The notes under the pieces are model-generated. The model was given only the letters and a program-made list of their open reading frames with translations, made no database searches and was not told the DNA's origin. A stretch of DNA of 64,000 bases from Vicugna vicugna (taxonomy: Eukaryota): NCBI GenBank assembly GCA_013265495.1, contig MU058584.1, positions 7,654,407 through 7,718,406 on the forward strand, in the 5' to 3' direction. Below, one piece after another: positions 26,781-38,862 of this stretch. Every line of letters begins with the position of its first letter. Positions within the stretch are counted from its first letter, which is position 1. Both the position numbers and the translations under genes were made by a program.

Positions 26781-27713
26781 GTCACATTCACTTTTTTTTT
26801 TTAATTGTAATATTTCTGACACGAAGATGCATGTTACACCCGTGACATCTTGGCATTCTGGTGTAGTTTAGTTGATGGTGTCTTTGCTTTCTCGGTGGCA
26901 CATAAAAGAGTGATGTGTCTTAGATTTGATGAAATACGGTGACGGGTGATCTCTCCCTCCAGGCTGCATCCTCCCCATTCTTACCCTGTTGCAGGATGCC
27001 CCGCCCCTGAGACGTCTACAAATTGTTCATAGTTTAGTTTGTTGTCATCTGTCTGTGAACTGTGGAACCTTATGTCAGTCCTCATCACTGTTACGCTCCT
27101 ACTGAAAACTAGAAAGCAAAGAGTGTATCACTTTTTTTTTTTTTTGGTAAATCAACTCGCGTAATGATACATGGTTCTGTATTTAATAAATATTCACTTA
27201 ATGGTGCTAATTCCACTTTTGAGATGACACTGAAACCTAAGGCCTTAGTATTCCAGTGGTTTTGGTAAAAGCTAGGGCAAGGACTGGGACTACCAGGGAA
27301 CGGATACCTCATGTTCTTACATGGGTTTCCTTATGCCATTGTTTCCTGTTGGAAATACCGCTGCTTACCTCCTGGTGCCTTCCCTTGTCTCTAAGCCAAG
27401 CAGCCTCAGATAACATTGCGGAAATGCCCGTCCAGCCAATGGCTCTGTTCTGGTGATGGCAGGGGTTGGCCCTCTTTTCAACAAATCTATGTCTTTCTTT
27501 CATGTCAACAGCCATACGACAGAGGGGAAAACCGTTCCTGGCACCAGTACTGAGACTGGGAGGATGATGAAGAAAATAAGAGTAAACAGATATACAAGGC
27601 GTCCCTTTGCCCAGAGTGGATTTTCTTGGATTTTGTCCACAGGCTCTGAACCAGTTTATCATTTAATCACTCATTCACTCCCATTTTTTTACTTTTCTGT
27701 GATGACCTGACAG

Positions 27714-27940
27714 GTTAAAGATTTCATAAATTCTGAGCTCCTAGCACAGCTATATTCTTCAGAGGACCAAAATACACTGATGGAGGAATCTGCAGAACAG
27801 GCTCAGCGCCGGGATGAGATGCTTCGAATGTACCAAGCGCTTAAAGAAGCCCTTGTGATCATCGGCGACATCAACACCGCCACTACCTTCACGCCAGCAC
27901 CGCCTCCCGTGGACGACTCCTGGATACAGCATTCCCGCAG
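27714..27940 (+). CDS. DNM3: Dynamin-3 coding exon (GED to start of PRD), 227 nt, phase 0/2
   Basis: Acceptor gacAG|GTTAAAG and donor CAG|GTAGGA. Translates [75 protein letters not shown], in frame with the previous exon. The ORF track missed it. Confidence 0.97.
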
Positions 27941-28471
27941 GTAGGAAGATGGCCCTGCATTGCCTGAGGCCTCCAAGCTTGTCCAGCATCATTTTCTGAA
28001 TGTGCTTCCCTAAACCAATATGAACCTAGAGAAAAAAAGAGAAAGAGAGATAGTTAAGTCCAGGAACCTGAGAGACGGTCAGATGATCTCAGCTCCCTTC
28101 AAAACCAAGCACACGATAGCCTTACAATGGAATGTTATACAGTCATGAAAAAGAGTAGGTTCTTTTAAGTGCCAAAATGAAAAGACAGTCCAATTAACGT
28201 GAAGCTTAAAGAAAAAAAAAGGAAGTTGTAGAACATTGTGTTCTGTTGTGTACAAAAAATGCAGTTTATATACATAGAGAAAAATGTCATCAAATATAGT
28301 TGAAAAGAGTACCCAAGAAACGATATTGGCTATCTCCACGGAGTAAGAAGGTTGGGAAGAGAAACTTCCTTTTCCTCGTTTACCCTTTATACCTTTTAAC
28401 ATTCCTAACATGTATCTGAGTTTCTACTCAGGCAAAAAAAAAAAAAAATGCTTCTTATAAAGCAGCCAGTT

Positions 28472-28601
28472 CAGGGAGGTAGAGCTTAGTGGTAGAGCAC
28501 ATGCTTAGCATGCACGAGGTCCTGGGTTCAATGTACCTCCACTTTAAAAAAACTGAGTAAATAAACCTAATTACCTCCCCCCGATACAAACAAACAAACA
28601 A
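28472..28601 (+). mobile_element. tRNA-Ala-derived SINE (vic-1-like) with 13-bp TSD
   Basis: agagcttagtggtagagcacatgcttagcatgcacgaggtcctgggttcaat...aacctaattacctcc. TSD aaagcagccagtt (28459-28471) / aaagcagtcagtt (28602-28614). Confidence 0.88.
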
Positions 28602-28685
28602 AAAGCAGTCAGTTATAAGACATTTTTTAAGGATGAATTCCGGCGAAAAGGAGGCCGGGCAAACAGCTGTCGTCTTTTTCTCCAG

Positions 28686-28922
28686 GTCGCCGCCTCCTAG
28701 CCCCACCACCCAGAGGAGGCCGACGCTGAGCGCGCCCCTCCCGCGGTCCACGTCCGGCCGGGGGCCCGCGCCCGCCATCCCCTCCCCGGGACCCCACTCG
28801 GGGGCGCCCCCAGTGCCATTCCGGCCCGGCCCGTTACCTCCTTTCCCCAACAGCAGCGACTCGTTCGGGGCGCCTCCGCAGGTGCCCTCTCGGCCCACCA
28901 GGGCCCCTCCCAGCGTCCCCAG
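28686..28922 (+). CDS. DNM3: Dynamin-3 proline-rich-domain exon, 237 nt, phase 2/2
   Basis: Acceptor tctttttctccAG and donor CAG|GTGAGT. Translates (R)[78 protein letters not shown], with a Homer-type PPxxF motif and the SH3-binding PSRPTR. Confidence 0.97.
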
Positions 28923-30259
28923 GTGAGTGCTCCGCGCGCGGCCGACATTCAGGGGATGCTCTTTGGTTCTCTTCTCATAGCAAGACAGACAAAATTGATT
29001 TGGAAAAGAAAATGGCAAAGATACTCTCATACACGTTGGCAGTTTTCACCCGGGAGGGGGATCGTGGGAAAACTGCTGAGCCTGTGACACCATTTAGTAA
29101 CCAATATATGTGGCCTAAACCTCTTCTTTATCAACTGGCACAAACCAAATAGGACCAAAGAAGCCTGGGTCCATGTGAATGACGCTTTGGCAGCTGTTTG
29201 TAGAATTTGACTGGGAGCTTTGAAATGAAAGAACCCTGGCTGAGCCGCTGCCAGCTGGGCACTCCCTAGGTCAGGACAGCATCGCCAGCTACGGCCTGGC
29301 CTTCACTGTTACCAAAGGAATTCTAGAAAATGCTGACTTCAGGAATATTATCCATCTGCCCTCTGAACTTTGACTCTTAAGCCCAATATTATTAACTTTA
29401 ATGTAGGCTGAGTTAAAAATCCAGCTGATTAATTTGCAATTTTTTTAAAAACTGTGCATAGAAATATGATTGCTGTGTGCAGTCACTAACCATATATAAA
29501 ATAAGAACACTAAGAATACTCTACATTTAAATAATACATTTAGGCATTTGTAAGCAGATTTTCAGGCTTAATTGTGAAACCAAATAGCTAATAAATAAGT
29601 GGAACTTGAAACATATACACATATGGTTGAAGCTGCATTCTCACCTTCATACATTTACAGTCAGTATATGTACAATGTGTATAATCAGGGATTTTTAAAA
29701 TAAAAGGAATTAGGGGTTTTTTTAATCAGAAATTTTAAAAGGAAAGAAAATAGCCCAAACAGAAAGTTAAATTTTTAGTTCAGTTCAGAAGATTAAAATG
29801 TTTGTATGCCCCATGAAGGAAAACCTTACTATGGATGCACGCACCATAAAGAGAGAGGTGACTTCTGTCCACCCAGGGAGCCTGAGTTACCTCACTCTGT
29901 GATTATGGTGCCTTCGTGTGTTTTGATCTTCAGGCTGTTGGGTGTAATGAAGAGAAGGGTCATCTTAAACCAGTAAGCAGAGGGAGGTGTAGCAGGAAGA
30001 GAAGGGGATGTGGGATCAGAAGACCTGACTTGGGCAACTCTTTTAACTGAGCCATGAGTTCCTCATCTATGAAATAAAGACATAACATGGCTGTTTTCGC
30101 AGTCGTATTTGAAAGAGTCTGATAAATTGTAAAGCATCATCATTTTGGTCCCCATCAGAGAGGATATATGTACTATCAAAGCAGTGCATTTTTTTCTCTA
30201 ACCTCAATAGGTTTGGTTTATGTATTTGGAACTGAGCTAAATTTCTAGTCATAATAGTA

Positions 30260-30490
30260 AAAACAATAGCTAATATTTATTGAGCTCTCACTATATTTGA
30301 GGCACAGTCCTAAGAGCTTTGTGGATACGTATTTGTTGCATGCTCACAGCGAGCTCATGAGATGGGTTATTGTCCGTTTTACGTCGAGGCACAGAAGTTA
30401 AGCAGCTTGCCCAAGGCTGCTCAGCCAGGCCCCAGTGGAGCTGGGCCTGAATTCCAAGCTCTCTGACTCCAGAGCCGATTCTCCTGACCA
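30260..30490 (-). mobile_element. MIR SINE
   Basis: aatagctaatatttattgagc...gaggcacagaagttaagcagcttgcccaagg...tctgactccagagcc. Confidence 0.8.
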
Positions 30491-30496
30491 TAATAT

Positions 30497-30694
30497 CAGG
30501 CTTTCTCAGCCTCCACATTACTGACATTTTTGTTGTGGGGGCTATGTGTGCATTTTAGGACTGGGATGTTTAACAGCATCCTGGCCTCCACCCACTGGGT
30601 GTTAGTTGCCGTCCCCGAGTTTGACCACTAAAAATGTCTCCAGACACTGCTGGGGGGTGACGGGTGTTAAATCTCCCTCCCCTGAGGACCACTG
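30497..30694. mobile_element. MER20 hAT-Charlie element
   Basis: caggctttctcagcctc...gcatcctggcctccacccact...aaaaatgtctccagacactgc...gaggaccactg. Confidence 0.8.
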
Positions 30695-33503
30695 CACTGC
30701 AGTATTCAAAAGACTCCTTTCCATGGCAACAAGCATAAATGTCAGCGTTGAGCCTCACTACAAGCAAGATTAAATTTTGCTTTAGGAAACTTCAGATTGA
30801 CTGGGAAAGCATATCCACCATTGTGCCAAGAAGGCATAGAGGCCACTGGGGGAGGGCGTGGAGAGTGGGAAGGCAGGGGTCGCACACCAGAGACTGGAAG
30901 TGGGCTATTTTGTCTGTTTAGCTCTGAGAAAGAACCAGAGCAGCCCCAGTGGTGCCTGTCCTCAGGAACGAACGTGCATGTCTCTGCCTGCTTGCTTGGC
31001 TGCTTTACCTCTTCGTTTCCTATAAACTGTCTGCCGAGATGCTGTTGGATGCTAAACTGACTTGCGAAGCCGGGTGGCATCGCCCGGGGTCTTTCCGAGC
31101 TCACACACGGAAGGTAGCCGGCAGGAGTCCGGCTCCAGAGCCAGTGCCGGAGGAGGGAAGCCACCGGGTTCAAGGCGTCTGCCTTGGGGAATTTATAGGA
31201 CAGCAGTTGTGTTATTCAGAATTTCTAGAGCATTCCCAAGTTAGAGCTAGACTTAACTTGGTCTGGCCTTGCAAAGAGTCTCAAATGTAAAACAGAAACG
31301 AGGGTTCAGAGTGAAAGAGGAAAGTTGGTTGTTTTGTGCTGAGCCTTGAAGTTTCAGCGCCAGTGCAGCCCGTGGGGAGGGAAATCCCTCGGGGGACTGG
31401 CGGTGGGGGGGTGTCACCTGAGAGAGAGCAAGAAAGACTCTGTCAGAATCCTTATGCCTATTAAAGTTTAGCTTTAGATGGAGAATTCTGACCACATAAA
31501 GTCTGTTTTTAATAAAAGCCAGAGCAGGAATCCTACCAAATGCAAGCCAGAAATGGGGTAGACAAAGATAGAAGGAAGGAAAGAAAAAGTTGAGGAAAGC
31601 TCTTGTTGAAACTTCACCTTGTTCTCTTTATTTATATGTTCTCTGTTCCCTCCACGATTTGCCTCCATTTTCTCTATTAAAAATGAAAAACATTCGAAAT
31701 GCCAGTATCCATCATCTCCAGAAAAACAGCCCTTAGCTTTCCAAGAAGGAAGTTGAATTGTTTCCCCCAGTTCTTTGCTTTCTTAAGAGCCCTTTCTCCC
31801 CTTGTATCTGAAACCAGAAACTCATAACGTGACAAGACAGCACAAGGAGTGTCCCGCCGGCTCCCTGTCGGACTTTAATATCACAAAGGCCAAAAAAACT
31901 GAACTTTCAGAGGCAGGAGACTCTTGCATTCGGCACGTGCCTGGGCACAGCTTTCTTCTGGATAATTTGCAATTTCGTTAGCAAGTTATGCTCTTCACTT
32001 GTAAGAGCGCGTATTTATTGTAACCCTACTCAGATGTAATGAAAGCACTCGCAGTTGTACAGAAACCATGAGCCTTCTGCCTTTTTTAAAAAATTATTAT
32101 TATTATATCTTTGCATTCCAATGTAGAGGAAGAGGAAGGAGAGAAGCTGGTGGAGTCACTTCTGGCCCAGTTTTTCCCAGCTGCTCAAACTGTGCTGGTT
32201 TATGTGCATGAGCCTTTCAGTGAGGGAGCTAGAAGTACTGCAAACTGCATGCCTGTTTTAATTAATTCCACCTGAACTCGGGGAGCCTCTCTACCCTAAA
32301 GAGACTTACCAGCATGGCTGCTCCTGCCATTAGGAAGCTGAGTGGACTCAAATCTGCTTTGGGGAACATTTTCTGTTGCCAGAATGTTTGGAGTGCCCCC
32401 TCCTCTCTCACCTCCATCAACCTCTCTGAAAGGGGCTGAAACCCAGTTGGAAAATCCCAGCCAGTCGAGTCCTCGTTTAGCAGGATGATCTTAAACAGAC
32501 ATCCGTGCCCCCTTAGGGGCCCCTCTTCTCTTACTTGAAGATCCTAATCTTCACCAAACGCCAACTTTAGGGCTGAGGTAGCTATTTTCAGCTACAGCTT
32601 CTTGAAATTAGCTAATTGGGCATCACAGCCTTTGACATTAACAGAACCAATTAGCTGACTCACAGTGTGTTTTTCCTGGCCACAGCCAGCTCTGGCCTTA
32701 TTCCGCTCGTTCGTCTTCTCCCCTTTCCCTGGACCAAGCTATTCTGCAACAATCAAAAGGGGTTAAGTGTGGGAGGAAGGGTCTCTATCCACGGAAAAGC
32801 AAGCTTCCTTTCCCTCATCACCAGTCTTCAAAAACAGAAGTTCTTTCTTTTAGCCACCCCTGTCACCAAGTCTGATGGTATCCTTTTAAAAACGGCAAAC
32901 CTGAATCAGAGGAAAGGGTCTGGCTTTCACCCGGCTCATCCACGTGACAGAAACGCAACGTGGACACCAAGAAAAGCTCCGCTAAAAGGGCCTCTGGTGA
33001 GCCCCACGGTGAAGCTGACGGCCCTGCGCTGCAGGGACAGCCATGGAGCAGCCTCAGGCTTTCCCAGGGCTTCCCACGTTTGTTCCTTCCACGACTCATA
33101 AGGTTTCCCTGACTTTACGTGGCACTCCTGGGGAGTTTCATCACAGCCCCACATTCTCAGTAACTTACTACTAAACCAACCGTGGCAAAAGATATACCAA
33201 CCTCTCTACATGAAGAGACAGTCCCTGCTCTCAGATTCTTTTCTTCACGGTGGTGAAAGCCATTTGGTTCTCTTGACAGTTTAGTTTAATCTTATTTGAA
33301 ACGTTTGGCCTTGATGCTCTTCCGTGCTGTATCGCGTTTACATACTTTGTGTGTTGATTTAAGTGACAGTGAACGCAGATTCCCTCTCACTTAGGGATGA
33401 GGTGTCCCTGTTTTGTTTTGTTTTCAGCCAGTCCCCCAGATTTCGAGTAAGAACAACAAACCCCTGATTCTTATGAGTGTGTCTTTGCATCCCTAACGTC
33501 AAG

Positions 33504-33540
33504 GTTTGGTGCCGTGAAGGACGAAGCTGCAGAGCCTTGA
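33504..33540 (+). CDS. DNM3: Dynamin-3 alternative C-terminal exon 'b', coding part RFGAVKDEAAEP*
   Basis: ccctaacgtcaAG|G TTT GGT GCC GTG AAG GAC GAA GCT GCA GAG CCT TGA joins the phase-2 donor at 28922 in frame. It matches the dynamin-3 short tail I recall from human and rat (RFGAMKDEAAEP-like). Confidence 0.85.
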
Positions 33541-33780
33541 AGTCGTGGGCTCAGGGTACACGGACAGTTGAGCGACTCGTGTGACTAACCTGTGTCTGAT
33601 TTCCCCGCAATCTTGGACTGGAAACGTCCTGACTTGCTCCCTCCTCAACAGCTCTTAAAAGTATGACTCCTTTTAGCAGCTGAGTGCCTTTGGACAAATG
33701 ATGAGTTCATCTTCTGCTTTCCTGTTTCAGCCATGAACTTTCTATCTTCCCCACCATCCTTCCCCTTTACAGAACAAACA

Positions 33781-33786
33781 AATAAA
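33781..33786 (+). terminator. Candidate AATAAA poly(A) signal for exon b, if b is used as a terminal exon
   Basis: AATAAA 240 nt after the exon-b stop, followed by T-rich sequence. Confidence 0.4.
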
Positions 33787-36700
33787 TTTGCGATTAGGTA
33801 TTCTGGTTTTTCAGGGAACAGTTTTTTATTTTAAGCAACTGGATTTTAAAGTCAAGCAAGGATTTTTAAAAAGTATAATTGCCAAGAATAGAACATTGAG
33901 GTATGCTTTCTGACGCTTACATAGTGTTTAAGGCATCTCATGAGGCTACTGTGTTACATACAAAATTTGTTACTGAAATTCCAGATGTAACTAATAATTT
34001 GTCACAGGTTTAACATGAGTTGTCATGATGTGTGATATATTTTAATGAAACTAGGAATTTGGCCACAAGCTGCTCACTAAAGAAAATGTACAATTTAATG
34101 TGAGCCCCTCAATTACATATTTCATCAAAATCATTCAAATGCCACAGTGATTCTAGTAGTAACATAATAAATCAGGAAAGTGAACCGATGGTTCATGTCA
34201 AAGGTTTTCATTCTGCATGTCCTTGGTTTCATTCTGGTTCAAATGAAAGTAAGATTAGTCTGGTGGTTTCCTTCTTGGGTCTAGCAAACTTGAACGTACT
34301 TAACACAAACACCTCCGTCCCGCCCCAGTCCAGAATGACTGGCAGGCTGTTTCGACGAGGCCCAGGAATTTGGGAGATTTGCTGATGTGTCAGGGTAAAC
34401 TTCAGGCTGCCTTTCTGTTTTCAAAGTGCCCCTCACTGACTTTTCCAAACGTCCGATGTTGCAGGAGGGTACAAGAAAAAGGGAAACGAGAAAGGACCTA
34501 CACGAAGCAAAGTACAAACAACAGAAATGCAGGCAGGCGGCGGGGCAGTAAATCTAACAGGAGACCTGTTAGCCCAGTGGTGACTGGCGTCACGTTAACC
34601 ATACTTGGCTGCTTCCATGTCCCATGCAAATAATACCAAACAGCTCTGTCATTGCTAAGCTTCAACAATGCAGGGAAAGCCTTTCTGAGTTTTGGGGTAC
34701 CCCACCCCCCTGCCCGGGGTTTCACCTGATGGAGGAAGACAGCCAGGACAGCCGTCTGGCACAAGAGCCACTGACCAGTGAAAATCGCACAGTCAGTGGT
34801 TCTTGTTTCTCCCGTAACCAGTCAGCAGCGGACCGTCACCAGTTGGAATCTGCTGAATGTTCCTGCACACAAGTTGATGTCAGCTCAAAGAAAAGAAAAG
34901 GGAAAAATTCTACCCAGCGTAAGCAGATACATCGCCTCGTAGACGCACACAAGCTAGGACTTCGGTTTCATCACTGCCCTCTTTTGTCTCCCTCGCTGTA
35001 AGAAAAGAATGATCTTACAGGGAAAACCTTCACGGTTCAGACAGCTATGGTCAGATGGCATGTTTTGCAACAAGAGATTCAGGGCACAACATGATCTGTG
35101 GCTCTTTCACCTCTAAATTTTATCTAAGCAGCAAACTCCAGGACTGAACGGCTGTGCCCTTCTTCCTCCCCTCTGACTTTCCAGCTGCGAGAGAAGATTA
35201 GAAGTGAAACGTAGCTTACTAGAGCTGCTTTCGCCCATGAACAGCCAGGAAACTAAACATGAAAATGTAAATGCTGCATCTTTCACTCAGAAAGCACGTA
35301 CCGAGAGAAGGATGCAGCATTTATCCGTGCTACCTCCAACGAGAGGATAAAGGAGTTAAGGATTTAGCTGAGGGTTTGCTAGCTTCTTGTCTGCTTGTCG
35401 TAACTTTATTGCTGCTTAAACGTAGAATATTTAAATGCCCGAAGTTGAAACCCTTAGGTTACTCAAGCCAGCAGAGTGTAACCGTTGTCTGGGGGAAATC
35501 TCTGAATCTAAACACATATTTACACCCTTTAGTTGCCAAATGAAATCCATCTGGCTTACCAAACGCTGGTACCAAAAGAATATCACACTTTTGGGCTGGC
35601 CAGCATTTTTAAACGTGGGGGGAGGGAAGTGGTGTTAGAAAGGCATTGGGTTGGCGAAAATCTGCCTGCGTATTGGAGCCACACTACCGGTGTTAAAATG
35701 AAGTTCAGATCATATGGCAACTCTGACCAGAAATAGAAGAATTCCTACAGAGGGCAAAGTCCAAAGCCACCGCGAATGGAGGCGGCCTCGTCGTGGCCTC
35801 GTACTTTTCTTTTCTTTCTGGCTCCTTTTCAGGCACCAGAGCCACATGATAGGCAAACCCACAAATAACTAGTGCTTTAATTTCTGGAATGATTTTTCAA
35901 CCATTCCCACAAACACCAGGAAACGTCCACTCCTGTTTTCCAGTCAAAATTATCAGCTCACATGAATTACAGAAAGAACACATTCTGTCCAAGGATCAAA
36001 AAAAAGACGCTTCCTCAACATGGCAAAGAGCAAAATTCTCAATGGCTCATGGTCAATGACAAGGCCAGGCCTTCTTGACTTGAAGTGCTCAGACACAGGA
36101 AAATTCCAAGTCTTTATAAAGACTTGGATAGAAAGTCAACATTTTCCCCCGCTGGGATTAGTCTAAATGCTGAAAAAAAAAACAGGATAATACTGTTCTT
36201 GCTGCTCTGATGGGAGCCCAGTAAATGTGCAACTAAAATTTAGAAATAGGTTTCATCCCTTCCCTGTTTTTTGTTTGTTTGGTTGGTTGGTTGGTTTTTT
36301 TTTGGTAGACAGGCTATTGGACCAACTAGGAGAGAGAACGAAGTCTGGGTAACCACCAGCTGGAGATACCACCACAAGTGAATCCCCGTGTCCCCATGGC
36401 AATTGTGAAAGCCAAGAGAAAGTGAGGGGGTGTGAGGAAGAGACCACAGGTGGCTTTGAATATGATTTGGGAAATGATCTGATTTTACAGTCAGATGTAC
36501 CAGTTGCCTCCACCGTGGAAACATTACCTGTATTAGCTTTCCCATTTCCATGAGGCAGTCTTTCAGGATATATTGCTTTGATCTAGAATGAGACCTTTTA
36601 TGAGAGCAGGAGATGAGGAAGCCTTTTAAAAGATGTTTTGCAGCCCAGAGGCTCTAAAATGAAATTATGCCACTGGGAATGGATAATTTATAAGATATAT

Positions 36701-38811
36701 TCTGTACCATGTGTATATTTTAAGTTTACATTAGGATTACTCTCAAAGTCAATTTTAAGAGTGAAGGTAGGTTTTCCCTCAAATAAATCTCCCCCTCGTC
36801 TCATGCTCAAGGGTCTTCGCCAAAAAGTCTGTACACTGCTTTGCCATTAGACCACCATTCATGAAGGAGAAGCTATACAAACTAAAGAAAACATCTACTT
36901 ATTTTTAAAACTAGAATTTCTTTTTGCTTCTTAGTAGTATTGGAAAATATTTTAGTAACTAAAATAGTAAAACTTCATGTGAGGCAAATTGTACCTTAAT
37001 TGTTGCCTCTTGGGGTGGAAAATTAAGGAAACATTAATAAATGTGTTAACTAGAGAAACCACTGCAGTAATTTCCCTCCACGTATCTGGGCCTAAAGTCA
37101 AAATAAAATCCATGCTGTGAATATCCTTTGAAAGAAAGCAAACTTATAGTTTTAGCTCTAACAATAGTGGTATCAGAGCACTCAGGATTGAAACTAATGA
37201 GCCAGAAAAAAATCCCTGTGACTCAACAGTAGACTTTTTAACCTACTTAAATATTCTACAGTTCAGTTTAGGACTCTGTAGTGAGCGATGTTGATATGAT
37301 TGCTTGATTTGTTTTAACATCTCAAACACTCTAAATCACACCATTACCATCTTAATACTTGAAAACTAATAAGTATTTGAAAACTCATTTTAAAAGTGCA
37401 GTATCTTTGAATAAACATGTTGAAATAGTGTTTCTTGCTTTTGCTTAAAACTTTGGTGTGCGATTGATGACAGCTTGTAGATTTCCCTCTTTTATTAGTA
37501 TACTCGCCTCCTTAACCGAGGACCTTCCCAATTTGCCAGGTAGTGTTTATTCAGTCTTGTACGTAACTGAACAGCATGTGGGGCACCCATGCCAACAACC
37601 ATGGTTACTGTGCTGTCCCATCCCCTGTAGAGCAAGAAATCTCAGTAAAATATTCTTGGGGGTCACAAGGCATCTTTGCAATTTGCAAATACTTTCATAG
37701 GGTCTGTGGACTGCTCGGTTTTCTGTTAAAATGTTGCTATTTTTACCGTGAAAGTCAGCTTTTCTGTTTTTTCTGAAGGATTTCATACCACTTTATTAAA
37801 GTGCACTTTGAGACGTAAAACTCTGTAGCTAGCGTAATGAAGGCGTGTCCAGTCCAGAAAGCACTGTGAAATCGGGAAAGCAAAGTGTTACATCTCTCTT
37901 TACTGCATCCTTAGTGCGCTCCTGCTTTGTCCCCTGGTCCTCCTGACGTGCCTTGTCTCTCAGTTGGGCCCTACACCCAATTACACAGGACAGTCTTCCT
38001 TTGGTTGCTTCTGTCAGACACCTGCCTTCTAGCTGTGTTTGGCAGGCCAGCAGGATGAGGTAATAATCCGAAGAAAATGTTCTGGTTCTTTGGCTTCGTC
38101 CACGTACAACATTATTCAAAACAGTTTTCTCTGAGTGAGAACAGAGTTGCTTTGAGACCCCTTGGTCTAAGATTCTGTAAGGGTGTGGAGGAACAAAACT
38201 GTAAACTTTTTTGATCCCTTCTAGAATAATGGAAATATAAATTATATCTGCCTTTGCCCAGCCTCTCAGTGATGTTTACAGACAGAGCTATGGAGAAATG
38301 AGAGCCTTTCGTGTGTAAACATTTTGGCTTGACTCTCTCCAAGTCCAGCCGTCCTCTTAAGCACAGCTCCCAAGGTCATTACAGCAGTGTTTTCCTAAAC
38401 GCATGTTTTGTGAACTACTTCTCCAGGATGATGGCAGTTTTTGTAAGACAGATGCCTAAAAGACATATGGTTTTCATAGATTTTTCCGTCTAGACTTGTT
38501 TTATTTAGTGATTTTTGGTCCGAATTGGTCTAGTTGAAGTTTCTGTAGAAGCTTGTATAAAATTTTTAAGTGTGGGCATACCATTAAGGTGTAAAACAAA
38601 AAGCTTGACTTCTTATTGGCAAGTGATTACAAGGGTTTGGTTGAAAATTTCCTTCAGGTGAAGTAATTCTGATCATCCTCTGCGCCCACTCGTCCGTTCC
38701 TCCCCCACAACACTGTCCAGACTGGAAAGGCTCACCCCAAAAATCCAGTAACTGTTAAATTCATACACTTCTCGCTGTTTTCCTGAGTAAATTCTTTCTA
38801 TTCCTGTTGGG

Positions 38812-38862
38812 GTGTGTGTGTGCGTCTGTGTGTGTGTGTGTGTGTGTGTGCGTGCGTGTGTG
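38812..38862 (+). repeat. Interrupted (TG)n microsatellite
   Basis: gtgtgtgtgtgcgtctgtgtgtg...tgcgtgcgtgtgtgt. Confidence 0.95.

Noticed and set aside
27388..27440. GATA, ETS and CCAAT motif cluster upstream of the GED exon
   Set aside because: The motifs are short and frequent, and nothing else supports an internal promoter.
28455..29030. 191-aa minus-strand ORF
   Set aside because: It is the antisense shadow of the GC-rich PRD exon running into a SINE. Stops are scarce for compositional reasons.
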